From: Vicugna vicugna
Taxonomy: Eukaryota
Length of the DNA stretch: 64,000 nt
Reading direction: 5' to 3'
NCBI GenBank assembly: GCA_013265495.1
Contig: MU057416.1
Location: forward strand, 118,545-182,544
Shown: positions 37,370 to 50,944 of the stretch, one piece after another
Numbering within the stretch: the stretch's first letter is position 1
Layout of the letters: each line of letters starts with the position of its first letter
Notes under the pieces: generated by a model
Databases searched by the model: none
What the model was told of the DNA's origin: nothing
What the model saw: the letters and a program-made list of their open reading frames with translations, nothing else
Position numbers and translations under genes: made by a program

Positions 37370-37740
37370 GTTTAGCCATCAAACTAAGTCCACGGCCTTT
37401 AGAGCCTCCTCAGGGCTGTAGGTAGGATTCTGAGTCACGTCTTTTAAGCTGTTTCGCAGATACAAGAACCCGCATGGGGTGGAAGGAGTTAACCTCATGC
37501 TGGCCACCAGTGCAGAGACCCCAGACCGGTTGGAACCAAAAGGTTGATGGTGCTGCCTCCTGATGACCTCCCCACCCACCCGTCAGTAGAACGGCCATGA
37601 GCTGGTCCCACGCCCCACAGCCCCTCCCTCACCCTGTCTTTGAGATCCTTCCCCTGAAAGCCTCTGGGGAGTTTGGGTCTTGTGAGCACCGTCTCGCTCC
37701 TCCCAGGACAATCCACATCCAGCCAGTGATCCTCTTAACT
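37370..37740 (+). mobile_element. ERV LTR remnant (family uncertain)
   Basis: gagaccccagaccggttggaaccaaaaggttgatg...ccctgaaagcctctggggagtttgggtcttgtgagca resembles LTR U3/R sequence. Confidence 0.5.
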
Positions 37741-37839
37741 TGTTGGAAACAGATGTCGAAAGAGTCTAGGCTGGCAGGGAGGTTCTGTGTCTTGGAATAT
37801 GCTCTCAAGTCTTAGATGGTTGAGTTTTAGATTCAACCC

Positions 37840-38650
37840 TGAAATGCATCTGGCAAATATAAATCAAAACAAAACTATCTTCAGACCCAGAAACCCTCTC
37901 CACAAAGGTAGCAGAGAGAGGAAACACTTCTATTGTTGAATAAGCATTATTGAATAAGAATGTGATGTGTGTCACAGACCATCTGCCAAGAAATTGTGAG
38001 ACAAAGAAGCCTCATCTTCTGATACAGCCAGACAGACACAACCCACCATGGGCTTGTCTTTCAGATTCAAAGAAAGGCACAACTAGTCCTCAAGTCTGCA
38101 CACTCGGCAGTCACACAGAGTTCACTGTGAGTTTACCGTGATAATGGAGTCACCATCTAGGTTGGCTGATTAACTTTCTCCAGAGGAAAAACCCATGTCT
38201 ACTCTCTTTATGGCAGGATGTATGTAGCTTTAGTGCTTTTTAATGCAAGTGCTGGGGATTGAACCCTGGACCTCATGCATGCTAAGCATGCACTCTACCA
38301 CCAAGCTATATCCACTCCCCAAAAAGAGGTAGTTTTGAATCTGGAGCAAGGTATTCACTGCAGTTGGGTTTCTACCCTCCCACGGAAACTGGGAGATTGG
38401 GGAGCTGCATGCCTTGATGCTACCTGTCAAAGATAAGGTGCCTGAGAGAGAGTCCTGCTCATGAAACTGACAGAAGATCTATCTTGTTTTCGAAAGGATG
38501 TGTAGACATGTTTCAAAGAGAGGAGAATGCACTTAACATGAAAAATTTTCCAAGGTAAATGCTTTAAGAAGAAGGAGGGGAGGGAAGCCTTTTCCCTTAC
38601 TTTCAACAGGGAGCAGTAAACGCTTACGTTTAATTTGTATTTGCCCCTAA
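37840..38650 (-). mobile_element. MER34-like (ERV1) LTR, interrupted by a SINE
   Basis: cccagaaaccctctccacaaaggtagcagagagaggaaacacttctattgttgaataagcatta...aatgtgatgtgtgtcacag resembles MER34-family LTR. Confidence 0.6.
38237..38320 (-). mobile_element. tRNA-Ala-derived SINE (Vic-1-like)
   Basis: gctggggattgaaccctggacctcatgcatgctaagcatgcactctaccaccaagctata. Confidence 0.88.
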
Positions 38651-39599
38651 AATGTCATAGATGAAAAGCCCAGGTCACTGAGGGGGTTTTGTCACAACTG
38701 TCTGATGAATCATCTTTGTGTGACGACTTGTCATATTGAAGTTTGTCTTGTCTGGATAAGATGTGGCTTATCTTAGACTTTTTTAATACAGATTCTTTCC
38801 AGGTACTCTTTTGATGTTGGAAACCAGATTAATGAACTTAAGTTTTCACTTTTTGTTGTAATCTTTCTTGATCGACCCTGTCTTACATCTGTGGCTCTCG
38901 AGCAGTGAAAAAGGGGACCCAGGAAACCCAGTGTGGCTCTCAGGCTGACGAGGTCTATGCTTCTGACCCCTGCTGTGACTTTTCTTAACTGTGCTATGCC
39001 ATGCAACATGTGTTTCTGCACAGAGTTCTCCATCCACTTGATAAAGACATAAAAACCATCTGATTTAAAAATGGTTGTAATTTGGCTCCTATTTTCAGCA
39101 ATACAATGATTACTTGATTTAAAAAAGTGCATTGCCCATTTGTACACTGTATTTTTTTAACTGTTCTGTAACATTTAGTATTATTGATCATTGTTTCCTC
39201 TTTGAGACTCTGCTGTTAGAATGGAAAGCAGCCTGAGGAATGGCGAGTCCTTGCTTCCTGTGTTACAGATGAGGACACAGTGGCCGCAGAGGCAGAAAGA
39301 CTCCTCGGAGGTCACAGACTTAGGACGCGCCTGCACGCAGCTCTGCTGGACCCCTCACCTCCTGTCTCCTCCCGAAGCTGCTTTGTGTTTCGCAGGAAGG
39401 ATGCCTCGAACACTGTTCCTTTCTTCTATCTCTGCTTCCCTGTGATCTCTTTCTTCTATCTAAAGGATTATAGAATCAACTCTATATGAGAAGGAAGATG
39501 ATGGACTTGGGAGTAAGACAGGATGGATTTGAATCTTTGCTCTTTTACCTCCTATTAACTTATAAATGTGTCACACTGATCTTAGACAAATTAAGGGCC

Positions 39600-41900
39600 A
39601 TTTAAAGGATTTTAAAGCCAAGTGCTGTTGGAGATGAAGGAAGTAATATAAATGAGTAACGCTGGTGGTGTTAAACAATCTTGGATGCTGAAAACCGAAG
39701 ATCTAAGCTTCCATCCCAAGAAACTAGAAACGAAATAGTGAATCAAACCAAAGTACCATACTAGAAAGGAAGTAATATATGTAAAAGCAAAACAACAGAT
39801 CAATTACGTAGAAAATAAATATGGGTGAGAAAATTAACAAAACTCTCAAAATTGGATGCTGGAGGTCCATCCTAGTGCAGTAAGTCAAGACAAGAAATAA
39901 AAGGCATAAGGCTATGTCTTATGAAAGAAAAATGGTCAAGTATATAGAAAATCTAAATGAATCTACAAATTGCTAAAATTTACAAGTGACTTTATCAACA
40001 TTGAAACTACGGTTGCTGAATATGAGGTCATTATACAAAAACCAACCTCATTTCTAAGTATCAGGAGCAAGCAAATAGAAAGTGAAAGTAAAAACACAAT
40101 GCAACTTACAGTAGTATCAAATCGCATTAAATATTTAGAAATGCATCTAATAAAATTGTGCAAGACACCGACAGTTAAAACAACAGACCATCCCTGAGAA
40201 AAACTGACTATCTAAATAAATGGAGATACATACTATATTCATGATTTGGGAGACAAATAATTTAAAGATATAAATTATCTTAAAATTGATCTATCTAATG
40301 AAATCTCAATCAAAATCTCAGAAGATATTTTCAGAAAATTGCCAAACTCTTCTTAAAACATATGTGGAAATGCAAAGGACCAGCATTCGTCAAGATAATC
40401 TTGTGGGGCAACACTGAATGTCTTACATTTTTGTGTATCATTGTTTTTTCCTAAAAGGACAGTAATTAAGCCAGTGCAGTATTGGTATAAGAATAAACTG
40501 CCCAAAGAGCTGAATAGAGTCCAGAAAAAGACCCAAACGTTAACTGTGTAACAATTTATGACAAAGGTGTCACTGCAGTTTTAGGAATTGTTTTTTCAAT
40601 AAATGGGGCTGGGTCAGTTGTATACCCATGTAGAATACAATGTTCTGACCCGTACTTGAACACCATGGACGAAGAGCAATTTCACAGGGATTATAGATCT
40701 GAATATCAAGAGTTAAATAATAGCTATTCGAGAACTTCATGAACTTCAGATAGGCAACACTTTTAAACAGGACCCAAAAGTTCATAGAAGGAAAAGTACA
40801 AAATGAATAAAATAGATGACTGAATCAATAAATGAATGAAATAAAAAATGAGAAAAAATGGAAAATTGGATGACATTAAGAAGGAAAAATTTTGCTCACT
40901 AAAAAAACACCGTTGAGGGATTAAAAAGTCAAGCCACGTGGTGAGAGAAAATAATTGGCAGTACATACATCTGACAAAGTCTTACCTCTGCAACACTGAA
41001 GGGGTTTCTACAAATCAACCAGGAAAGGAAGAACAACTCGAAAAAATGGATAAAAGGCTGACATGCACTTTACAAAAGAGAATAGTAAATGGTCAACAGA
41101 CTTACAAAAAGTGTTCAATTTCATTCTTCATCAGGGAAACACAGATTAAAAAGCATGATGTGATACTATTACACTCCCATTGGAATAACTAAAATAGAAA
41201 GGAAATGGGGAGGGCAGAAGAGGGAAGGTGAGAACTGGGAGCGGTTAGAATACTCATATACTTCTGATAGGGGTGTAAATTGGTACAATCACTTTGGAAA
41301 TATTTTTGACAACAATTAAGCTGAGCATAGGCATACCGTATAGGCATACGGTATGACCCAGCAATTCTACTCCTAGGCTAATTCTTGTAAGAAAATGCAT
41401 GTATGCTCACCAAAAGATATGCACCAGAGTATTACAGCAGCATTATTTGCAATAGCCAAAAACTCGAAAGAAGCCTGGTGTCTATCAACAGCTGAAGGAA
41501 TAAACAAAATCAATATATCTGGGTGTGAGATTCTATACCACAAGCAGAATGAACAAGCTAAAAATAGCACAGTGCAACATGAATGAATCTCAAAAATACA
41601 GTGAGGAGTGATAGAAGCCCCACACAGAAAATAAATTGTGTATCATTTACGTAAAATTCAGATACAGGAGAAAAATAACCTATGTGCTAGAGTCAAGGTA
41701 GCGAAGACCTTGGCGGGGAAATACCTGGAAGCGAGCACAAGGCGGGGCTGGAAGTGTTGCTGATGGTCTGTTTCTTGACTTGGGTATGTCTTACCTTTGT
41801 GAAAATTAACTTCCTATTAACTTTGTGAAAATTCATCAAGCTGAATTCGAATTGTTTGCCTTCGACTAAAATATATGTTAGAGGACAGTTGATGTCTTGT
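39600..41900 (+). mobile_element. Old L1M element (ORF2 remnants and 3' UTR)
   Basis: Degenerate ORF2-like peptides (39970-40197 IKYLEMHLIK; 40938-41192 KKCSISFFIRETQIK; 41395-41586 ITAALFAIAKN). Confidence 0.8.
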
Positions 41901-43068
41901 TTAGGGAAGGCATCCATTATGCACTTTCAGCATGTTATTGTTTTGTAAAAATATAGGCCCTAAGGGAGCACACAGTCTTCTAGTCTTTTAAGAGAAATTA
42001 AAATGAAAGAAGTTAGTTCAGAAGGATGAATGAAAGCAACCATAACGAAAGGCACCAGGAACTGGGTCGTTTCGCTCTATGCTGCATGTGCTACCCTGAG
42101 TACATTGGCTTGAATGGCGCTGAGCAGGTTCTAATCCACAAAGGAAGAAGGTAAGGAAGTCATCACTGTCCTCCCCAGGCAACAGCTCTTATCATGTTCT
42201 GCTCATCACAAATTACTCATTTTTAAAAATATTTAAATGAACCACTTTGTAGGTGGGGTCCAAGTCTAGCCACAGCAAACATCTAATAAACATGGCTGTA
42301 GATGTTAACAATTAAGAATAAGTTTCATCACCGTAATGAGCCTGATGAGGGAAAGTATACGCTTCACAATGATGTGATTTTGAATTAACTCAATTGCGTA
42401 ATTACGTCCATCAAATGAAAACGATGTTTGTGCAACTTACACACCGTGAAGTGGGAGTCAAAGTCAAAGGGTAGGTCTGTGGAAATGCACGAACTTGCCT
42501 TGCTGGTGATAATTTAAATGAGTAGAAAGGGTTTTCATTGAAAATGTAACAGCCTGTTTGATTTCTCTTATGGTTTAGCTTGCCAACAGGAGATGAATAA
42601 TTCTTTCCTTAGGTAGAGAGGAACATACAGTGTTGGAGAACGTTGTTTATTACAATTTCAAACTCTCTGAAATAAAAACCACACACTCAGGTACCATCCT
42701 AACTGGAAAAGGAAAAGAAATATGAGTGTAAGTACAACCTAAAAATAGCTCAGTGCCTTTGCATTTTTCTTGCAGAACTCAGTACCATGCCTGTACACTC
42801 TGTGCACAGAATATGTTTCTAGTTAACAGGTCCATGTATTTCTTAAATAGGACATGATTAAAGTCCATGCGATTAAAGTCCAAAAGAAATCTTTTGCTTT
42901 CTTAGTCTTTTGTGTTTTAAAATGATAAAACACTCATTACAAAAAACCAAGCGAGAGAAACACATATAAGGAAGAGAATGACCTCGCCGACAGCCCAGCA
43001 CTCAGAGGTGGTCACTGCTTGCTTCTTGGCAAATGTACTTCTGGTCATTTCTATGAACACATTCATGT

Positions 43069-43118
43069 TCACACACCCGCAGACACACACACACACACAC
43101 ACACAGACACACACACAG
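43069..43118. repeat. (CA)n microsatellite, interrupted
   Basis: Visible dinucleotide run. Confidence 0.9.
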
Positions 43119-46100
43119 AGTTTTATACCAACGAACTCTTACAAAATGTGCTCTACAGAACCTTTCTTTACATCCATCAATAAACAGAGTCATTTTATAG
43201 GACGATGGAGAAATTTTCCTGTGAACGTGTATTTGGGAGTAACCTTTTTCACTGAGCTTCAGTGGCACATGTTTTTAACATAGTAGCAAAGTGGATGCTA
43301 CTGAATAAGGTAACACTGAGTGTTAATATTTCAGAGGGTGAATATCAAATAGCTGTAGTAAGATATTATTAATTGGAAGCCAAGCCTGAGAGCTAAATTT
43401 GCATGTTGGTTACCTACATTCTTTTAAAAAAAGTTGTATTATGAAATTTTAAACACAAATAAAAAGAAAAGAATTGTATGCTGATCACCCATATCCCTCA
43501 CCTGCATTCACCAATTTTTAGCATTTTGCTTTATTTTCTTTGTCTGTCTGCCTATCCAGCAATCTCTTGGTTTAATCTCTTCCACTTTTTTTCCTGAACA
43601 TTATAAAAACATCATTTGACAGTTTGCTCCTAAAGAATTCAGCCAGCGTGTACAAAATTATGAATATTTTTCTACATCCACTTTCATATCATCATCATAT
43701 TATTACCACATACCTACCAAAATTACAATATAATCCCTAATATCATTTAATATAGAGAATTGCCTTTTTTTTAAAGTCAACTTTCTAAAGCTAGGAAACA
43801 ATTTCTCTTTAATTACAGTAGGACACACAACCATGTGCAGTTTTGCACATAATCTTCTTTACACTTTATTTGTGGTAAATGTCTGCTGTCTCCAGTGTTA
43901 ACGTTTGTATGCTTCAAGCCAAAACAGCTGTTTCTACCACTGGCATGGAAGCTCCTCCTGTTTGTGGGACTCACTTCTTTGTTCAGAAACCCTAGAATCG
44001 TTTACATCCTTTAAAACCACCACCCTGGACCACTGGGCAGAGTATCACTGTCTTCAAGCACAGTAAACCATGGTCCTGGTTCTTGTATTTCAAAGAAACA
44101 AAGATTATAATAGACAAAAAAAAAAAAAAAGAAAAGAAAAGAAAAAGAAAGAAAAAAGCTAGCTTGCTGGGATTTTATTGGTTGACTCTGCTGAGATCAC
44201 ATGGATGACTCCAGCAGGAGGAACTGAGTTCCTTCGGTTGTCTTTAATCAGTGACTAGGATTAGAATACATAATTTTCTTCGCCAGACACTTGAGACAAG
44301 TCAGTTTTGCCATTGATAGTGTCCTATTCAACGCCCCTCCCCATTTTCCTTTGCAGTCATCACGTCACTATTAAACGGACCACGGCGTCATGGTAACCGG
44401 GGTGCCCTCTCTCCTCACTCGTCTGTTTCTGGGCTTAATAGATACTTCAACCCAGTCGAAGTGTCCTCAGATTGTACCTTCTTATTTAAATGGAGAAGGA
44501 CTCCATCCAGAGGAAGGAGGTGCATGTTGGTTGAGGGCAGAGATGGGGGTGAGCCCTGTCTGTGTCAGGGTGTGGGGGCGGGGATGCTGTCCACACTGCG
44601 CCTGGACACATAATGAGCCTTGATCTTGTCACTTCTGCTAACCTGCCTCCGCCAGGACCTGGGGGGCTCTGCCTGGCGTTGAACTCGGCTCCCCGGCTGG
44701 GAGCTTGGTGCTGGCATCATCTGGGGGGAAGCTGTGCTGGGAGCCCGGCTGCTGCTTCCTGATCCCAGCGCCGCTCCACCAGCTGCTGGAGATCGGTCCA
44801 TAGGAGGGCAGGGTCGAGACAGAGCCAGCTGCCCTGTCCCTTCAGAGAGGCTTCACAGGCAGTCAGAGAGGCCAGGCTGCGTGCGAGCAGGTATTGTGAA
44901 AAGGGGAGCCAACCGCTGACTTCCTGTGAGTTGGCAGCTCAGCCAGCTCTCAGCAGAGTGGAGGCTGTCAGTGCATCACAAAGGAAGAGCTCTCAGCTCC
45001 CTGCAGGCGCTGCTCCCTGAGCAGGCGCTGTGGGTGGGGAGGGCATCCTATGGGGAGACAGGACCCCCTTCCTATGGTTCAGGCCACCATGCCTCCGGTT
45101 CTCCGCTGGCTCCTGACTTAGCCCCACAAGTCACGGCTCTGTGGCTCCCAAGGGTCACAGCACACGCTTTGCAGCTGCACCGCCTGGCGCGGGGGTAGGG
45201 GTGGGGGACCAGCAGAGCACTGTAGGCTGAGCTCATTTCCGCCCACATCAGAAGCAGCCGGGGCGTTTGTGGGGAGCGACACTTGAGCCCCCCATTAGCT
45301 GTTTTACATCTTAGAGACCGAGGTGCCACTTCCTATACCCTGTGTTGGGTGGAGGGTGGCACATGGACACAGTGCAGAGAGGCCTGGCCTTGAAAGGGCG
45401 GGGGGGGGGTGGTTTAAGGACCTTCTCCTCCACAAGCCTTCCTGGCTTCCCCTGTGGTGCGGCCGCACACATTAACTCCACTCCCCAACCCTGCCGCAGT
45501 CCCGGACACTCTCTGAGTTCCTGAGCGAGAGACAAAGAAGGAAAGACAAAGGAAGGAAGGAAGAGAGAGAAGGGGGAGGGAGAGCAGGAAGGGGGGCCAG
45601 GGACAGAGAGCAAGTACAAACAAAGGTTTATTAGAAGGCCTGTGACATAAGAAGATGAAATTTTTTTTTGAAAAGGAAGTTATCAAATTGTACATTCTTG
45701 AGGGAAAATGGAAAGTGGGTAGCAGAGAGGAAGAAAAAAACTTCAAAATTATACAGAACAGGAGCTGTTAGAACTGAGTCAGAACAGGCAGCTTCTCCTT
45801 GCATCCGCGCCTCCCAAACCGCCTCCCAGGCCTGACTCGCGTGCGTTCATGGGGATGGGCCGTCTGAGCGTCCTCACTCACCCCCTCCTACAGACGGTCC
45901 CAAACGTGCTAAAGAGACACCTTCAGCTTCTTTGGCTTCTGGCTTCTGGTTTCGACCATCAGCCTCATGGCCTTTCCTTGGTCCTGGCCCCCATCGGGGT
46001 GACATCGCCTAAGCTACTGACAGACTGAGTTACCGAAAGTAGATGTTAGCATCTCCTGCCCCTGCTTGGAAGGCATTGGTGACCCTTCAGTGCCCGCAGG

Positions 46101-47669
46101 CTGAGGTCCAAACTGCTGGTGTCACACCCAAGGCCTTTCCTGACCTGAACAGGGCCCGTTTCTCCAAATTCCTCCCCCTGCACACTCTGATGCTTTGAAA
46201 TGGAAATGTGTGCAGTTCTTCAAACAGAAGTTTTGCTGGGAAGCTCCGGGCGGTGCGGGTCACCTGCTGCCCCTCCCCCACCAGCTCGCATCTCCACACC
46301 TTCTGCTGTCACTCAGGCATAGTGGATAACTTCCTCCTTCAGGCCGCAGTGTGTGGCACTGTTATCACAGTGTATTTGAATTATTTGTTTGTCCGTCTGT
46401 TTCCACCAGGGAGCTCTGGTAGCTGTGGACTTTGCCCCTACGTATTTTTGTGCTCGTGTGTCCCGTCCCCAGTGCCTGGAATATGCTAGATGTAATTCTA
46501 AAGGTATCAGTGGAAGAGGAAATGCAGGAACAGTCCTCTGCAAGGAAGCCTTTCCCCCCGTGGTGACTCAGGATGCTTCCTGTCGCAGCTGTCACAAGAC
46601 TTGACTCAAATCTGATTTCAGCAAAGAGGTAATTTTGGAGCGAACCTGAGGGTGAATAAACACTAAGGGGTGTCGCTGGGTTAGACGTCCGAAGACGGGG
46701 CAGACCAACGTATCGTGGTTTGCCACATCTCTGCGTTCCCATCCCCACGCTTGCATTTCAGCTATTTTGACTTAGGTTTAGAATCATAAATGGTAGCAGG
46801 AGAAAGGTGCTAACTCCAGCCTTTTTTATTTTTTCAAATTTCAGTCCAGAAAAAAAAAAGAGTGAGAGTTCTTTCTCAGAAATACCAAAGTTTTGCCTGA
46901 GCCAAATTGACTCTGACGGGGCTCTGTGGCCAGGAGGACGCGCCCTCTCCTCGACGGCCTCCGGCCGGAGTCACGTGGCTGGGCTGGGCTGTCAGCTTCC
47001 CCAGTGCCCCAGGGCTGAGGGCGGGGAGGGGGGCACACCCTGCGGGGTCCCAGAAGGAAGAGAGCTACAACTGGATGATACAAACTCCCAGGTCTGTTAG
47101 TGGAGGGTATGAAAGAAACGCTTGTTCCTTTAAACCCAGATTTGGGAAGTGGAGAACTTCATTCATTGCCTAAGTGCTCATGGCAAAATCAGAACACTTA
47201 CTTCAGTCTGATTCAAACGCAACTCAGACCTTCCAAGGTGACTTTAAATGAAAACTTTGTTCATTTTGATAATGGAGTTGTACCTATGGCACCAAGGAAA
47301 CTACTTACTTTGATGAACACAATCAAAATTGTTGATTCGGATGGCCCAAGGGAAGAGGGCATTTGTAAGTGTGAAGACTAGTGTGATAGGTGCTGAGTTT
47401 TCAAAAATATTAAAGGTAGATTTTTTTTATTGCCGTTTTGTTATAAGTGTTATTTCATCATCTATGGTTGCTTAACAAATTGTCCCCCAAATTAGGGCTT
47501 AAACAATTGATTACTATCATGTCTCATCCTTCTAGGGACCAGGAACTTGGATAGGGCCCGGCTCGGAAGACTCACCTGGCCTCATACCTGGGACCTCAGC
47601 CGGGATAGCAGACATGTGAGGACGGGAGCGTGTGAGGACGGGCTGGACGTCTCTTTCTCTCTGTGAAGG

Positions 47670-48080
47670 AGTGAAATACTGCCATTTGCAGCAACGGGAA
47701 TGGACCTAGAGATTATCATTAAGTGAAAGAAGTAAGTCAGGCAGAGAAAGACAAATATTATATGATATCACTTATATGAGGAATCTCAAAAAATGGACAC
47801 AAACTTATTTTAAAACAGAGACAAGAAGACAAACTTACAGTTACAAAGGGGAAAAGGGAGGGGGGATAAGTTAAGAATTTGCGATTTGCAAGTACGAACT
47901 GCTGTCTATAAAACAGATGAACAACAAGGCCCTACTGCAGAGCACAGGGAGCCGCGTTCAATAGCTTGTGATGACCTATAATGAAAAATACTTGAAAAAA
48001 ATATGTAGCATAACCGAATCACTATGCTGTACTCCAGAAACTGACGCAATATTGTAAATACTACACGTCCGTTAAAAAAT
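47670..48080 (+). mobile_element. L1 3' fragment
   Basis: gaaatactgccatttgcagcaacgggaatggacctagagattatcat...aacaaggccctactgcagagcacaggga. Confidence 0.85.
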
Positions 48081-48199
48081 TGCAAATGCACCCTGAAGCC
48101 TGTTGTTTTACAGCCTTTGAGCTAAGGGAGGTTCTGCCATTTACTAACTGGACTATGTGTGAGAACCAGGCTGGAGCTGGACCTTACACTGCTTTGTGG

Positions 48200-48800
48200 G
48201 CTCACATATGGGGTTTGGACTTTATTTGAATAGTAAACAGAACCTTTAAGCAGATTTGATGCGAGGATGTAACACAGGCTTATTTACATTTGAGAAGACT
48301 CTCTTGCTCTGTTGTGGAGACCGGTGAGAGGCTGTCTTGGCTCTCCAGGACGGAAGGGATGGCATACAGACATGGCGGCAGGGGGTGTGCGGAGGAGACC
48401 CCACTGACACACATCTTAGACGCAGAGTGGAGGAAACTTGCTCCTGGACTGGGCTTGGCAGCTTGAGACCGATGGGAATGAGGATGACTTCCAGGTACCT
48501 GGCTGGAGTAATGGGGCGGGTGGTGTTGCTGGGGCAGGAGGGCAGGCTTGGGGGACCCCCAAACATGGAGTTCAGGCTCCACCTGGTTGTCTGTGGCCCT
48601 CCCAGGGCCCAGCCATTGTAGGCCGTGGGGAACAGGGCCACAGAGCCAAGGTCTGGGCTGAGGGTAGAAAATATGGATGAATATTTGGATCTGTGGAAAT
48701 CTATGGTGTTTTAATTCATGGGAGTGAATGAGATAATGTTGGGAGAAAGTGTGGAGGAAGTATGGAGCCTTGAGCTACAAAATTCAGAAGCCGGATAGAA
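48200..48800 (-). mobile_element. L2 LINE remnant
   Basis: ggggtttggactttatttgaa...aagactctcttgctctgttgtggag...gaggatgacttccaggt resemble reverse-strand L2. Confidence 0.55.
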
Positions 48801-49202
48801 GAGACTGAACCTCAAAGCCGTGACACATTGCTTTTCATGCTAAATGTGCTTGCACTGCTGGTCACTTCTGAGGGGCAGGAAAGTCCGTTCGACGGAAAAC
48901 GGTTCTTGATCTTGTGTCTTCTCTGTTTCCATTTGAGTTACTTGGAACTCCACTTATTTGCAGGTGAAAACTCCTCAGTGTAGAATGTAGGGCGTTGGGT
49001 GGGGCTCAGGGTCTAAAAGTCAGGACTTGGGTCCACATGGAAGTCCTGTCTCTTATAGAAGAAATGAAATACCAACCCGGTCCTGTTCACTCACCGGAAA
49101 ACGTGATGGCGTAATGCTACCTGCCTCCTACTGGCGCCGTGAGAAAATTCACGTTCACGGGAGCACAGTGCGGGGCCCGTCGTGAGCGACGGGTGCACGA
49201 CG

Positions 49203-49413
49203 GCTACTAACGGTGCCGCGGCCACCACTGCGCCGCCGTTACCCCCCCGCTGCTACCACTGTTACTGCTCCCGCCGCCACCACCACCACCATGACTCCCC
49301 CCCCCACTACTACTGCCACTCCCACCACCAGCACCGCACCGTTACCTCCGCTGTGTGTCACGCCCACCACTACCGCTACCGCCACCATTACTAGTACGAC
49401 GACCACTACTACT
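49203..49413. repeat. Degenerate (CCA/CTA/CCG)n trinucleotide low-complexity tract
   Basis: ccgccgccaccaccaccaccatgact...cactactactgccact...accactactact; produces spurious Thr/Pro/His-rich ORFs. Confidence 0.85.
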
Positions 49414-50361
49414 TTAATAGTGTTTGAGACGACATAACTGATTAAAACCGAAGCTTCCCTGCTGGTACTTTCAATGCAATCTTGAACCGTGCAGGTGCGT
49501 GATTTTTTTCCATTTTCACTCCACTCCACTCGCAACTCTGGTGACTTTGTCCTATTGCTTAGTTTACCGTGATCTTTATTTACCATGAAAATTTACCCCC
49601 TTACATATTAAACGTGTCAGCAATCCATAAAAAACTAAAATGTCAATCTTATTGGACAGGTGCTAAGGTGTCACAAATGCTGTGCCTGACTCTTCTCCTG
49701 TAAAGATTAAAACCCAAGGCTGAAAGAAAATGAAGATAATCCTCAAGATCTAGGCATATCTTGAAGGCTTGAAAAAAATCTCATAGTCATCAAAAAATTG
49801 ATGAACACACACACATCCATTATGTCTTTATGACGCACCATCTTAACCTGTAGTCAGCGGGGCATCTGTCCTCGCCCTCCCTGGCCTGCACTCCAGGTGG
49901 TGTGGGTAATGCCCTCCTCATTTTCACATGCACTGTACTCTACACATAGCAAAATGTCTCTCCCCTCTCATGTTTCTACTTCCAAGTTCTCCTGGACATT
50001 TTGTTTCCTTACCCAAACCCACATTTCGGCAAAAGTGTCTAGCTGTCCTCCCAGACTCCTATGCATTTTCCTTTTCCATAGTATAGAGTTGTCCTGGCGA
50101 GTAAACGTCCGACCAGAGATGACATTTTCCCATCACCCCCCCAACCGTGTCTAGATCTGACGACGCGACGTGTCATTGTCGACAGAAGGGGTGGCAAAGG
50201 GATGCGTGTCACTTCCAGGCCAAGGCTTGAAAGAACTGTGTGCGCCTCACCCATGCTTCCTTTCTCTTTTGCTGCTATATTCAGACAGCAGCAAGGCCAG
50301 GGAGTTTGAAGTCTCCAGATGGAAACCTGGTCCCTGAATCACCACATAGAGAAGAGTAACT

Positions 50362-50757
50362 TAAGTCAAAAATACATTTAATACATCTAGCCTGCAGAAC
50401 ATCAGAGCTTCGCCTCGCCTACCTTTACTGCGCCCAGACGCTTGCATTAGCCCACAGCTAATAATAAAGTGTGAAGTATCTCATGGAACTGATTGAGTAC
50501 CGTACTGAGAGTGAAAAACAGAGTGGTGGTCCGGGTGCAGAATGATTGTGAATGTGGCAGCCGTCACTCTCACGGCCTCGTGGCTGCCCTGGTGCCGCGG
50601 CTCGCTGCAGCTGCCTGGAATCGGGAGACAGCACTGCAGAGTGTGCAGCTAGCCCGGGAAGAGATCAAACCTCCAAATTTGAGGGGTGTTGTCTACTGAG
50701 TGTGATTTCCACCCCAGCGTAAAGTCAGAAAGTCCTAAGCTGAACCATCGTTAAGTT
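50362..50757 (+). mobile_element. MER47 (Tigger/TcMar) DNA transposon
   Basis: aagtcaaaaatacatttaatacatctagcc...ataataaagtgtgaagtatctcatgg...gtactgagagtgaaaaacagagtgg...cgtaaagtcagaaagtcctaagctgaaccatcgttaagt match MER47. Confidence 0.8.
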
Positions 50758-50944
50758 GTAGAGAAGATATGATCTTTGTGACCCTAACTGAAGTGTCCCC
50801 AAAATTGTCACATTCTTGATTTTCTGTATTTCAAGTGAAACCTAGCCTTCTGCCCATTTGATATGAGGAAAGGCGGGACACTTAACCCTCCTCTCAGGGC
50901 TAGCGTTTCGAACAGCCCAGAAACACCAGGAAGGATGCTGTGGA

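Noticed and set aside
41328..41356. Small direct and inverted repeat taggcataccgtataggcatacggtatg
   Set aside because: Local micro-duplication inside an old L1; no functional indication.
49121..49134. CTCF-like motif (CCAGTAGGAGGCAG, minus strand)
   Set aside because: Mismatch at a core position and lies in MIR-like sequence; insufficient without PWM or ChIP support.
49182..49586. Mucin-like Thr/Pro-rich and His-rich ORFs resembling CD45 variable exons
   Set aside because: Upstream of the PTPRC promoter, no splice signals identified; produced by a triplet low-complexity tract.
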